Shown: positions 53,286 through 64,000 of the stretch, piece after piece
Layout: every line of letters begins with the position of its first letter
How positions within the stretch are numbered: position 1 is the stretch's first letter
NCBI RefSeq assembly: GCF_964355755.1
Contig: NC_092671.1
Coordinates: 40,496,304 to 40,560,303 of the forward strand
Length of the DNA: 64,000 nt
Direction: 5' to 3'
Source of the DNA: Antedon mediterranea
Lineage: Eukaryota; Animalia; Echinodermata
Notes under the pieces: model-generated
What the model saw: only the letters and a program-made list of their open reading frames with translations
Database searches by the model: none
What the model was told of the DNA's origin: nothing
Made by a program: the position numbers and the translations under genes

Positions 53286-54607
53286 TAGGAACAAAGCTCA
53301 GCGGCTGATCAAAAAAGCTAAATCAAATTATTTTCTCAATAAGATTGATGAAAATAAAGACAACCCTAAAAAATTATGGAAAACCCTCAAACAGCTCGGA
53401 TACGAGAAGAAATGTAAAACAAACACTAAAATAGTTCTTGATGACAATGGTAAAAAAACTTTCTGTCAAAAAGGCGTTGCCTCTCGTTTTAATTAGTTTT
53501 TCACGAATGTTGCGTCAACACTCGTCAAAAAACTCCCAACATGCATAGGCGTATTTACCATGTCCACTAACGATCTTCATAAATACTATGTAAAATTAAA
53601 AGGTAAAATGTTTAAGCTAGAGCTATAGAATTTGTTAAAAATCAACTCGAAAGCCTAAATGTAAACAAAAGCGTCGGTCTAGATAATATTCCCTCAAGAT
53701 TTTTACGTGGCGGTGCGATAATCTTGGCTGAACCGATAGCTCATATCATTAACCTTTCGTTTAAAACTAATTGTTTTCCTCATGATCTAAAAACAGCTAA
53801 AGTTACCCGCTATTTAAGAAAAATGCTAGAACAAGTGTTGACAATTATCGGCCGATTAGTATTCTGCCTACGGTATCGGTATCAAAGATTCTTGAAAAAT
53901 CTGTAGCTATACAAGTTGAAAGGTATCTTTCCAAAAATAATATACTTTATGCCTATCAATCCGGTTTTCGGCAGGCCCATTCAACTGAAAGCAACCTCAT
54001 AAATCTCATCGACGGTTTAAAAAACAATAATTCCAAAGGCCTTCTTACTGGAATGGTTCTTGACTTACAAAAAGCTTCCGATACCGTCGATCATGTGATT
54101 TTAATTAACAAGCTAAAATGCATGGGTTTCAAGTGTACTGACTGGTTTCAATCTTATCTCGCTAACCGTACACAAGTTGTCAGTGTGAATGGTACCTGCT
54201 CTGAACCTCTTATAGTTACTCATGGTGTACCGCAAGGTAGCATCTTGGGCCCTATTCTTTTTCTATGTTATTTAAATGATATTGCTTCTTGTATTGATTC
54301 TGATGTTCAATTATTGCTATATGCTGATGATTCTACGATTCTGTATTCTCATCACGATGCCACCAAAATCGCTCTTAAATTAAGTAATGTCCTAGCTAAG
54401 TGCCAGGACTGGCTAACTGAAAACAAATTTATCTTTACATTTTGGCAAAACCGAAAGTATTATCTTTGGTAGCAGAGCGAAGCTTAACAAAGTTAAAGAG
54501 TTTTCTGTGGAATTAATGGGCCGTAGAATCAAAAGTACTAAGCAAGTTAAATATTTGGGTATTGATTTAGACCAATATGTATCATGTGATATTGCAACTA
54601 GTGTTAT
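53286..54607 (+). pseudogene. Decayed CR1/L2-group LINE ORF2, RT part
   Basis: NYRPIS, QSGFRQAHSTE, DLQKASDTVDH, GVPQGSILGP, YADD and KYLG, with several frameshifts and stops. Confidence 0.85.
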
Positions 54608-55393
54608 CTATGGAACGCCGTTTACGCAACATTTTGACGATATGAATTTTATGACGCGATATGTGAATGAAATGCATCGATATGAATTGAATGTCGCGAT
54701 GTATGAATGAAATGTTTTGAATTGAATGCTTTGAATTGAATGTTTTGAATGAAATGTTTTGAATGAAATGTTTTGAATGAAATGTTTTGAATTGAATGTT
54801 TTGAATAAAATCTTTTGAATGAAATGTTTTGAACGAAATGTTTTGAATGAAATGTTTTGAATGAAATGTTTGAATTGAATTGAAAAGTCAAACTATTGGC
54901 GGCGTATGTCATTCCCGCTCGCGATTTTGTTTTAACCTCTTAGGCCTAAGCCTGGGTACCCTCATCTCCTTTCCACGCTGTCATCAATATGGATCCTTTA
55001 CAAAGAATCCTAACAGACCTGAAACATTGGAATACATATTTCCGAACCCAGGTCTGTTAGGATTCTCTGTAAAGGCAGCGTGGAAAGGAGATGAGGGTAC
55101 CCACGCTTAGGCCTAAGAGGTTGAGAAAAAAATCGCGAGCGAGAATGACATACGCCACCAATAGTTTGACTTTTCAATTCAATTCAAACATTTCATTCAA
55201 AACATTTCATTTAAAACATTTAATTCAAAACATTTCATTCAAAACATTGCATTCAAAACAATTTATTCAAAACATTCAATTCAAAACATTTCATTCATAT
55301 ATCGCGCCATTCCATTCCTATCGATGCATTTCATTCACATATCGCATCATAAAATTCATATCATTGAAATGTTGCGTAAACGGCGTTCCATAG
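54608..55393. mobile_element. 786-bp near-perfect palindromic (foldback/MITE) element with internal 14-bp subrepeats
   Basis: CTATGGAACGCCGTTTACGCAACA...TGTTGCGTAAACGGCGTTCCATAG. The arms pair almost to the centre (loop about 55022-55048). (gaatgaaatgtttt)n is mirrored by (aaaacatttcattc)n. Confidence 0.88.
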
Positions 55394-55645
55394 TTGGAAG
55401 AATAATTGATGAGACGTGTGGTGCTATATGGACAGTCCTAAAAGAGAAAGGCTTCATCAAACATCCATCAACAGAGGAAGAGTGGAAAGATATTTCTAAT
55501 GAATTTTTCGAGTCATGGAATTTTCCCAACTGTGTTGGGTCTATAGATGGGAAGCATGTAGTGATGCAAGCACCTAATAATTCAGGCTCATCATATTTTA
55601 ATTACAAGAAAACCTTTAGTATTGTACTTATGGCGGTTTGTGATG
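55394..55645 (+). pseudogene. PIF/Harbinger (HARBI1-like) DDE transposase fragment
   Basis: VGRIIDETCGAIW..L..WNFPNCVGSIDGKHV..APNNSGSSYFNYKKTFSIVLMAVCD; cut by the LTR at 55646. Confidence 0.88.
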
Positions 55646-55778
55646 TGTAGTATCCACACAATTTAAATAAGAGCAAGAAAACACAGTCTTATGAATCAAC
55701 ACTTTATTGTCTACTTTCTTTCTCAACCTCGTGTTTCAACCACCTGCCCTCAACGCCCACTCTAGTTCCCGTTACCAC

Positions 55779-55779
<1 letters not shown>
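55646..55779 (-). mobile_element. 134-bp 3' LTR of the Gypsy element at 59357-64000
   Basis: Minus strand TGTGGTAAC...AATAAA...ACTACA. It abuts the PPT AAGGGGG once the intervening L2 is removed. The 5' LTR is outside the window. Confidence 0.72.
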
Positions 55780-55809
<30 letters not shown>

Positions 55810-58800
55810 GAAAACTTATATAGCGCCGGTATCCTCCACCCATGTGGCGCTCATGGCGCTTTGTGCATTAACAACGTGCGAGAACATCAGCGAATAGCGA
55901 CGTCTTTAGGTTGGTCTTGAAACTGTTTAGACTAGTTGAGCATTTAACTGTTGCTGGTAAGCTGTTCCATACACTTGCGGCCGCAACGTAAAAAGATCTC
56001 TGACCCCACTGATTTTTCGCTCTACGCTCTTGAAGAAGGTTTTGTGACAATGATCGTAGGCCTCTGCGGGATGATTCGTAACGATCCACAAGGTCAGATA
56101 AATAAGCAGGAGCACTGTCATTTAGGATCTTGAATACAAACAACGCAAGTTTGTACTTAATACGTTGTTGAACAGGCAACCAATGCAAATCCATCAGGAC
56201 AGGAGTTATGTGAGCGTTTGATTTTGTATAAGTTACAATTCTAGCTGCCATATTTTGCAAGCGCTGCAAACGTTGTATTTGAGATTTTGGTATGCCAAAC
56301 AACAAGGCATTACCAATGTCAATTTTAGAAGTGACAAATGAGTGTACAATCAATTCAGCTGTTTTCTTGTTAAGATTACCGCGAATACGACCAAGGTTCC
56401 TAATCGATATGCATGCTGCTTTGGATACAGTTGTTATTTGTGCTTCCATAGTGAGATTACTATCCAGCATGATTCCCAGATTCCGGACCACCGATGAGGG
56501 AGCGATGTTAGAGTTTCCGATTCTGATATGTGTGATGTTGATTTTGGAGATGTTACATTTAGACCCGACGATAATAAACTCTGTCTTTCCATCATTCAAC
56601 TTTAGGTAATTTGTTGTCATCCAATTGCGAACATCTTCTATACAGGCTTCCATCTTACTGATTGCTGCAGCAACATCCCTTTGCACTGGATTTACTGACA
56701 CATAAATCTGTGTATCATCTGCATAGAAATGGAAATGTAGACTGTGTTTGCGAATAATGTCACCAAGGGGAAGCGTATAAATGGAAAACTGGCCAGGCCC
56801 AATTACTGACCCCTGTGGTACACCATATTCCAGGCAAGCTTCATCTGAGAATGCATCATTGATACAGACTAGCTGACGTCTTCCTGTAAGATATGACTGG
56901 AACCAGTTAAGAGCAACACCATTTATGCCAATGCGATTTCTCAGACGGGTTATCAGTCTTTGGTGATCAACTGTATCAAACGCTGCTGACAAATCCAACA
57001 ACACCAATAGCGTTATTTTCCCATCATTCATTCCTTGTAACAAATCATTCTGTACCTTTAAAAAGGAACTCTCCGTGCTATGACATGCACGATATGCCGA
57101 CTGGTAATTCTCATTTAAATTATGCTTTTGAAGATATGGAGTAATGCGTGATGTCACTACACGCTCCAGAGTCTTTCCAAGAAAAGAAAGATTCGACACC
57201 GGGCGGTAATTTTTCAGCGTGTTATGATCCAAGTTTTGCTTTTTTATTAAAGGACGAACGTGAGCAATTTTCAGTTCATCTGGCACTATGCCGGTATTAA
57301 GAGAATGGTTAATGATTTCCGTTATTATTGGAACGACTGCGTCTATACACTTCTTCAGTATAGAAGTAGGAACTGGATCTAACCTGCATGATTTTGTTGG
57401 TGATTTCATCAGAATGTTGCGGATCTCATCTTGAGATGCTGGTGTAAATGTTGTGAGATGCTGATGAACAGCTGTCACAGGCTCATTAAATGACATGTCA
57501 TCAATCTTGAAGTCGTCTCTGATGATCTTGATCTTGTCTGTGAAAAACTGACAGAACCTGTTCGCAAGATCGAAGTCAGAAAGACTATCTGGGATAGGTG
57601 ATACCTGGCGATGATGAAGGAGTTGGTTAACAATTTTAAAAAGTCCTTTCTGATCTGCTGCATGTTCTTCACACAAGCCAATGTAGTAGTTGGCCTTTGC
57701 CTTTCTTACCATGGAATTTACATTCCTCTTCTGTGCAATGTAAGCCTGACGATCTATTTCCAGATGAGAGATTCTCCATTTCTTTTCAAGCTTACGCTTT
57801 GTTCTTTTCTCAGCATAGATGTCACTGTTATACCAACTAGTGTTTGGTCGGACCTTTACTGTTCTCTTTTTCGGTGGTGCGTGTTTGTCAAGAAGTTCAC
57901 TCAAAGTGGTGACATATAGTCGTACTTTACTTGATAAATCAAGATTTGAGAGTGAAGTTCCGAGATCAGACTGTGTGATATCTTTACATAATGTCTCAAA
58001 ATTTATAGCATTCCAATGACGAGTTTCGATGGATTTAGTGATTACGGGTGGCTTCTTGATAAGGAGATTACATGTGATGGCATAGTGATCTGATATACCA
58101 TCAATGACATTAAGGTTTGAGAAAACAGGAGGATCAGATGAACGAGTGATCAGCAAGTCTAATGTATGACCATGTCGGTGTGTAGGTGTAGACACATGCT
58201 GTTGAAGACTGCTTGCTACAAGTAGATTCCGAAAATGAATTGCATCTGCATCATTTGGCATATCCACATGGATGTTAAAGTCTCCAACGAATAGTATGGG
58301 AGCCGGCTTCAATACATATTGATCAACCAAAGTTGAGAATTCTTCAGTGAAAACATTTAGACTGCAACCCGTTGATTTGCTTTGAGGACGATATACTGCT
58401 ACGAGGAAAACTGAGGATGCATTGCTGACTATTTCCACATTTAGCAGTTCAAATGATTTTGGTAATAATCCCGTGTCATAACATTTAACCGCTATGCTTT
58501 CCTTGTAAAGAAGTGCAACTCCACCACCTCTTTTAGTACCAGCACGGGGAGCATGTTTGAGAGAGTATCCGTTGGGTGTAATATTTCCTATAACTGATGT
58601 GTCTTCTGGTTTAAGCCACGTTTCCGAAAGGGCAACAACATCCAGATTATGTTCGATAACGAAATCCACAAATTCTGTTGTTTTGTTCCGAACGGATCTT
58701 GTATTAATACTGCAAAATTTAATATTGTTTTTAGATAAGAGAGAGTTTGATGATAAGTCCGGAAATGATAGATTGTTTTTAGTGTGTTTGTCACGCCCAG

Positions 58801-59353
58801 CTCTTGTACCACGCCTGGTTTTTCTTTTTGGCCTCCTTGGTAATAGGTGGATACTACAGCTACTGGAGTTCAACTTAAAAGATTGTATAATTAAGCAAGA
58901 TTCTTCAGGAAGTTCACAACTGTTATTGTTGTTGGTTACACAGCCCTGTAAACCATGAAGAAACTCAGAGCTATAGCTAATTAGCATGACAACAGCAGAT
59001 CTTCAAGCATGAGGTGTACAAGGTCATTTACATAACAATATGCACAGTCAGATTAAAAGTACAGGGCTAGCTTCCCACTGATGCTAGCAGACCATTGTTC
59101 TTGGGCAGTGATGAGTTTGAATTAAAACAATAAAGGCACAAGCAGGGCCTAGCTGAACTTCAGGAAACAACAAGAAAACAACTGCGATTTACTCCAAGAT
59201 ACGATTATTTCCACATAAGAAATTTGTGAATATATGGTGCTCAATTTGCTATTCCAGCATCCAGTAAAACTTATTTGATGAAAAAAACCATCTGCAAACA
59301 GATACGAAGTTGTTATGCACAGAGCAATATAGAGCCGCCACATGGGCGCTGCA
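55780..59353 (-). mobile_element. Apparently full-length single-ORF L2/CR1-group LINE
   Basis: About 366-nt 5' region, intact ORF, 3' stem-loop AAAGCGCC...GGCGCTATATAA and (TAT)n tail. ACA is repeated at both junctions. Confidence 0.88.
55868..58987 (-). CDS. LINE ORF: apurinic-like endonuclease plus reverse transcriptase (1039 aa, uninterrupted)
   Basis: YSSEFL..RRGTRAG N-terminus, SETWL, GDFN, TLDL, SDH, NYRPVSNL, LDLSAAFDTVDH, GVPQGS and YADDTQ. Confidence 0.95.
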   Translation of the reverse strand: MLISYSSEFLHGLQGCVTNNNNSCELPEESCLIIQSFKLNSSSCSIHLLPRRPKRKTRRGTRAGRDKHTKNNLSFPDLSSNSLLSKNNIKFCSINTRSVRNKTTEFVDFVIEHNLDVVALSETWLKPEDTSVIGNITPNGYSLKHAPRAGTKRGGGVALLYKESIAVKCYDTGLLPKSFELLNVEIVSNASSVFLVAVYRPQSKSTGCSLNVFTEEFSTLVDQYVLKPAPILFVGDFNIHVDMPNDADAIHFRNLLVASSLQQHVSTPTHRHGHTLDLLITRSSDPPVFSNLNVIDGISDHYAITCNLLIKKPPVITKSIETRHWNAINFETLCKDITQSDLGTSLSNLDLSSKVRLYVTTLSELLDKHAPPKKRTVKVRPNTSWYNSDIYAEKRTKRKLEKKWRISHLEIDRQAYIAQKRNVNSMVRKAKANYYIGLCEEHAADQKGLFKIVNQLLHHRQVSPIPDSLSDFDLANRFCQFFTDKIKIIRDDFKIDDMSFNEPVTAVHQHLTTFTPASQDEIRNILMKSPTKSCRLDPVPTSILKKCIDAVVPIITEIINHSLNTGIVPDELKIAHVRPLIKKQNLDHNTLKNYRPVSNLSFLGKTLERVVTSRITPYLQKHNLNENYQSAYRACHSTESSFLKVQNDLLQGMNDGKITLLVLLDLSAAFDTVDHQRLITRLRNRIGINGVALNWFQSYLTGRRQLVCINDAFSDEACLEYGVPQGSVIGPGQFSIYTLPLGDIIRKHSLHFHFYADDTQIYVSVNPVQRDVAAAISKMEACIEDVRNWMTTNYLKLNDGKTEFIIVGSKCNISKINITHIRIGNSNIAPSSVVRNLGIMLDSNLTMEAQITTVSKAACISIRNLGRIRGNLNKKTAELIVHSFVTSKIDIGNALLFGIPKSQIQRLQRLQNMAARIVTYTKSNAHITPVLMDLHWLPVQQRIKYKLALFVFKILNDSAPAYLSDLVDRYESSRRGLRSLSQNLLQERRAKNQWGQRSFYVAAASVWNSLPATVKCSTSLNSFKTNLKTSLFADVLARC

Positions 59354-59356
59354 ACA

Positions 59357-60582
59357 CCCCCTTGTAACAAATTACATTCTTCAACGTACCTACTAGGATT
59401 CCTTACTACTCTACCTGACCTAGTTCTATACGGAACTTGGTCTACATCTCTTTGTATGAATCTATCTACATTTACATGTTCTGGTTGTTCATTTTCAAAA
59501 TCATCTATCAATACCTTATTCAATGGCGTCGCCCATTTCTTACAATCAGGGCTTACAATAGCCAGCCTTTCAATATTATATGTTTTTCTATTACTCAACA
59601 CAAAAGTCGCATTTCCCACCTTCTTAACTACTCGAAATGGCCCCATAAATGAACTACTACCCTTATGTACATATCCAGTTTTCTTTACCTTTACATGCAT
59701 TCCTTCCTGTACAACAGGTAATTTTACACTGTTATGATTATCAAAATATTTCTTTTGTTTCTCTTGTTTAACCCTTACTAGTTCTTTAAGTTTAGTTTTA
59801 TCAACCACCACATCTGATGGCGGTGTCAATCCTTTTATATCTAACTGGTTTCTTAATTTTCGTCCATGTAACAGCAGTGCTGGCTCCACCTCTGTTGTTG
59901 AGTGTGGAGTGTTTCTATATACAAATAAAAATGACTGTACATATTGTTTAACTTCTTTCCCTTCTAATAATGCAGTTTGTATTGTTTGTTTTAACACTTT
60001 GTTAAATCTTTCTACTGCCCCATTACTCTGTGGGTGATAAATAGCAGAATGCAAATGCCTAATATCCCTTTGTTTCAGAAATTGTTTCATTTCGTAACTG
60101 ACAAACTGAACTCCATGATCAGTTATCAATTCTAATGGGTAGCCCTCCCGAGCAAATACCCTCGACAGAAAATCTATTACGACTTGTGTGGTAACTTTTG
60201 GTACAAAACATACCTCTGGCCACTTAGAATGGTAATCAATTAAAGTAATGGCAAATCTGCACTGGCTTGGTAGTAGGCCTAAGTCGCAGGGACCCACTAT
60301 ATCTAGTCCCAACTTTTCCCAGGGCATTGATGGGTATTCTATGGGTGTCATTGGAGCTTTTGAAATCTTTATCGTTTTATCATGTTCTATACACACAATG
60401 CAATGTTTAATTATATTTTCTACCTGGGTATCCATTCTTGGCCACCAATACAATTGCCTTAATCTTTTCTTAGTTCTCATTATCCCTTGGTGAGCCTCAT
60501 GTGCCTTGTAAATTAAATGAACTGTTAGGGAGTCTGGTACCACCACCCTATCACCTCTGTAAACTCTATTTTCTAATACTAT
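59357..60582 (-). CDS. Gypsy (Mag-like) integrase
   Basis: HEAHQG..CIVC, LDIVGP, TDHGVQF, HPQSNGAVERFN, GPF and RTRSGRVV. The ORF track extension to 59149 is read-through into the L2 5' region. Confidence 0.92.
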
Positions 60583-62481
60583 CAGGCCCGAAGCCAGAAT
60601 GCATCAGAGGGGGGGTTTTCTTGACACCAAGTATTTTGCGAGCGCAGCGAGCAACTGTAGGCTGGGGGCCAGGGGGCCGCCAAGGGCCCCCGGTCGAGGT
60701 CCAGGGGGCGAAGGCCCCTGGAAGCTTTGGCTCTCAGAGCAATTTCGGTTGTTTTAATAAGCTTACAGAGACATTTTTTACCTACTAAAATCTGAGTTAT
60801 GCAGATAAATTATATAGTACAGTATTATGGAAGTTAGTAGTACTGATCATGAAATACAGCTTTATTGTTGCAAAAAAGTATATTATATTAGGCCCTTAAA
60901 TAATTTCTTATCCTATAAACATAAAAAACAAATAGTACCGTATATTTCGGTGTACAAGTCGCACCTGTGTATAAGACGCACCCATAACGGAGACTGAAAT
61001 ATTAGTATTTTTTATGTAGTCGATGCATAAGACGCACTTATTTCTAGGCCGAAATTTAAACATTTTACAATCAAAACAATAGTATTTTAATAATAAAACA
61101 ACGATATTTGAGACATATTTATTAGAATCAAATGATATAATTTTGTTTGATTGCCTTTATTACATCGTAACAGTCTCTACTTCAACTGAACGTTAAATGA
61201 AAAAAGGGAAATCCCCATATTGTTTCAGTTACGATGCACTGTGTGGGTAGGGCTAGCCTATGTCTATTTAAGTAACTTTAATTTCATATTATTTAAATAT
61301 ATACCTTCTTATTGTGTGTATGACCATTATAAAATCAATCCAAATGATGTTCAGTTTTTTGGGCTGATAATGAACCAGGAATATCATGATGGGTAGGCCT
61401 ATATGAAAATCTTTCCTATTTCCATGCATGCATTACAGCAATATGAGGAGAGGAGAGCACTAACCATGTGCTCCTTGTGATCAGCACTGTTGGCCATATA
61501 CACTATGAGATTAGGGGAAGCTACTTAACACAATAACAACACACTCTTTTAGATATCGCTTGACATACGAACTATTGCCTACATGATTATAAAATTATGT
61601 GACTGTTGACATAGAGATGTAATAAAAATAAACCACCGTGATCAAGGGAAATAGTTATTGTGTAATTAAAATGTGACACCACCGTAATTAATGGACTCTT
61701 CCATAAAAGTGTTGCGCTGTGATGCTGCATGCTGCTAGAATACACACCCGCGAGTTCAGAGAGTATTACTAGGCCTGGCTAGAATATCTAATGCGTACTG
61801 TAATATTAATTAATACAGTCGAGGATGACAATTTACCTTAACTAAAAATTCAATAAACTTGTTACCACACTGTGGTTAGACAGGAGTGAGTAACTAGCTA
61901 GGCCTACATTGCAGAGTAGTACACTATTTTTAATTAATCTAAGTATTAGTAGGTAATTAAATTAATTAGGGTAACATTTAGAGGTCAAATTTGCGTGTCA
62001 AAAGTGCGTCTTATACACCGAAATATACGGTAGGCCTACGTACACGTACCAATTTAACTCAGCACCATTTTTATTCAAGTTTACACAGTGAAATTCTTTG
62101 GTTTAATGAAAAATATTTCCAGGAAAAAAATAAAAATCCCCAAAAAGATTGAACTGAACGTGGTCTTGTGCGTTCCGAAAAGCCCGGCCGAAGCACGCGA
62201 TTGGTCAGTCCTTTTTTCATATTTATAACCATCATCTCTCAACAATCTCTCGATCTCACGCTCAGCAGTGACTTTGACATCGGACAATCTGTATATTCGA
62301 TCGATTTAAACATAGTCAATAGAAGTAAAATGACCAAAAAATCTGCTATAATTGATAATTAATTGCACGATTTTGGAAGTGGGGCCTTTGTTTTTCAAGG
62401 GGGGTTCGCTGGTAAAAGGGGGGTTCGCGCAAAAGGGGGGATTCGCCCGAACCCCAAAAAAAACCCCTGGCTACGGGCCTG
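60583..62481. mobile_element. hAT-like non-autonomous element with 5-bp TSD, inserted in Gypsy pol
   Basis: TIR CAGGCCCG(A/T)AGCCAG; ACTAT at 60578-60582 and 62482-62486. Removing it restores the frame EELIVLENRVYRGDRVVVP. Confidence 0.88.
60938..62030. mobile_element. pogo/Tigger-like non-autonomous element nested in the hAT-like element
   Basis: TIR CCGTATATTTCGGTGTAYAAGWCGCAC with TA duplication. Confidence 0.85.
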
Positions 62482-64000
62482 ACTATTAATTCCTCCCGTA
62501 CTTTATAATATGGCAGTATGTTGCTATCCAACATATCTTTACTTTCTGGCCAACCAGACTCTATGTATTTAATCACTTTCTGTTGGGTTTCATCTTTATC
62601 TACCTCAGCCTTAAATTGTCCTAGGGTTATACAACACTCTTCTTCTATCTCTACTAAACATACCGCAGCAATGTCATTGTTCTGTTCCGAGGACCCCCCT
62701 TCATATTCCAATGGCAGACGAGATAATCCATCTGCCACAACATTATCAGAGCCTGGTTTGTATTCAACGGTGTAGTTATAATTTAGCAGCCTTGCACCCC
62801 ATCTAGCTATACGCATAGGTCTGTGGCCATTCCCACTGGATGCTAACAGTGTTGTCAGTGCTTTGTGATCGGTTCGTAGTATAAAATGTCTACCCCATAG
62901 GTACGTATGAAATTTCTCAATTGAGTACACACATGCTAAGGCTTCACGTTTGCCTGTGGAATATTTTCTTTCTGCACATGTTAACTTTCTTGATGTGAAA
63001 GCTATGGTTACTTCCTTTTCTTCGATTAGCTGGGTGAGAACCGCCCCTATTCCATACCCCGACCCATCTGTCGTCACAATTACTTCCCTTTCTGGGTCAA
63101 ACAAGGCAAGGGCTGGACATGTCACAATGCTCTGCTTAATCAATGCAAATGCCCCACTGGCCCTTTCACTCCAGTCAAATTCCTCCCCTAATTGAATATC
63201 CCTTAGTGGCTGTACAAGGGTTGCATAATTCTTGATAAATTTGGAATAGTATCCGGCTAAGCCCAGAAAGGATTTCACCTGCTCTTTATTTTCTGGAACC
63301 GGAGCGCATTTTATTGCTTTAACTAATTCTGGGTTTGGGTGAAGCCCCTCTGAATCTAATACATGGCCCAAAATTTTAACGCTAGTCACTCCAAACTCAC
63401 ATTTGTCATTGAGGCGCATTCCATACTCTTGAAGCCTATTGAGTACTGCCCTTAGAGCTGTATCATGGTCTGATTTAGTCTTGCCAAAAACAAAAATATC
63501 ATCAATAAAGTACCCAATATTGGGAATTCCTTGCAGTATTATTGACATTAATTTTTGAAATGCGGTAGGAGCAGAAGCCAACCCAAAGCACACCTTTTTA
63601 AATCTGTACAAACCCTTGTGGGATACAAACGTTGTAAGGTCCCTACTATTTTCATGTAAATTTAACTGGTGATATGCAGACTTCAAATCTAATTTGCTAA
63701 ACAATTTAGCACCTGACATGGTATCTAATAATTCATCAATTTTTGGTAAAGGGTGTTTTTCAATTACTATGGATTCATTTACTTTTCTCAAATCCACACA
63801 AAGTCGTATTCCACCATTTTTCTTCCAAACAACTACTAATGGAGACACCCAATCGGTTGCCCCCTTAACCCTTTCAATAACTCCTTCCTTCTCCAACCTA
63901 TTCAACTCATTAGTAACTTTGTCCCGAACTGCCAGAGGCAGTCTTCTCAGTGCTTGCTGCACAGGTGGCACTTGGGAATTAACCTTAACTGTATGCTCAA
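62482..64000 (-). CDS. Gypsy (Mag-like) pol: reverse transcriptase and RNase H, continuing beyond the window
   Basis: WVSPLV, RLCVDLR, LDLKSAYHQ, FGLASAP, FIDD, TDGSGYGIG, TDH and VADGLSR. Confidence 0.93.

Noticed and set aside
54649-55393. ORFs 54649-54912 (-) and 55091-55393 (+) with similar translations
   Set aside because: Mirror-image readings of the palindromic element's 14-bp subrepeats.
59149-59353. Hydrophobic C-terminal extension of the Gypsy integrase as an env-like or membrane domain
   Set aside because: It is read-through into the 5' region of the inserted L2, not part of the original element.
62346-62481. C-terminal tail RPVARGFFWGSGESP... of the 541-aa pol ORF
   Set aside because: Derived from the inserted hAT-like element; the true pol continues at 60577.

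Overview
AT-rich metazoan genomic DNA with spliceosomal introns, probably a marine invertebrate deuterostome such as an echinoderm (inference). The left half holds two convergent host genes. The first is the 3' part of WAC (+, seven exons 888-7690). The second is a complete MAGUK p55-family gene of the MPP2/MPP6(PALS2)/varicose type (-, twelve coding exons 32781-11341, about 559 aa). Their introns carry MITEs, SINEs, a Helitron, a 3.9-kb 51-bp satellite and a 15-copy 36-bp array that multiplies a real 5' splice site. From about 35 kb the window is nested repeats. First comes a foldback with inverted satellite arms and a Penelope-type hammerhead. Next is a decayed CR1/L2 LINE split by a full-length Gmr1-like LTR element (SCAN-like Gag, PR-IN-RT-RH). 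That element carries an antisense 5-kb retroelement fragment whose Gag starts with a ComEA-like helix-hairpin-helix domain. The right end holds a 786-bp palindrome, a Harbinger transposase fragment and a Gypsy element interrupted by an intact single-ORF L2 LINE and by a hAT-like/pogo MITE nest. All calls come from manual reading; no database searches were run.
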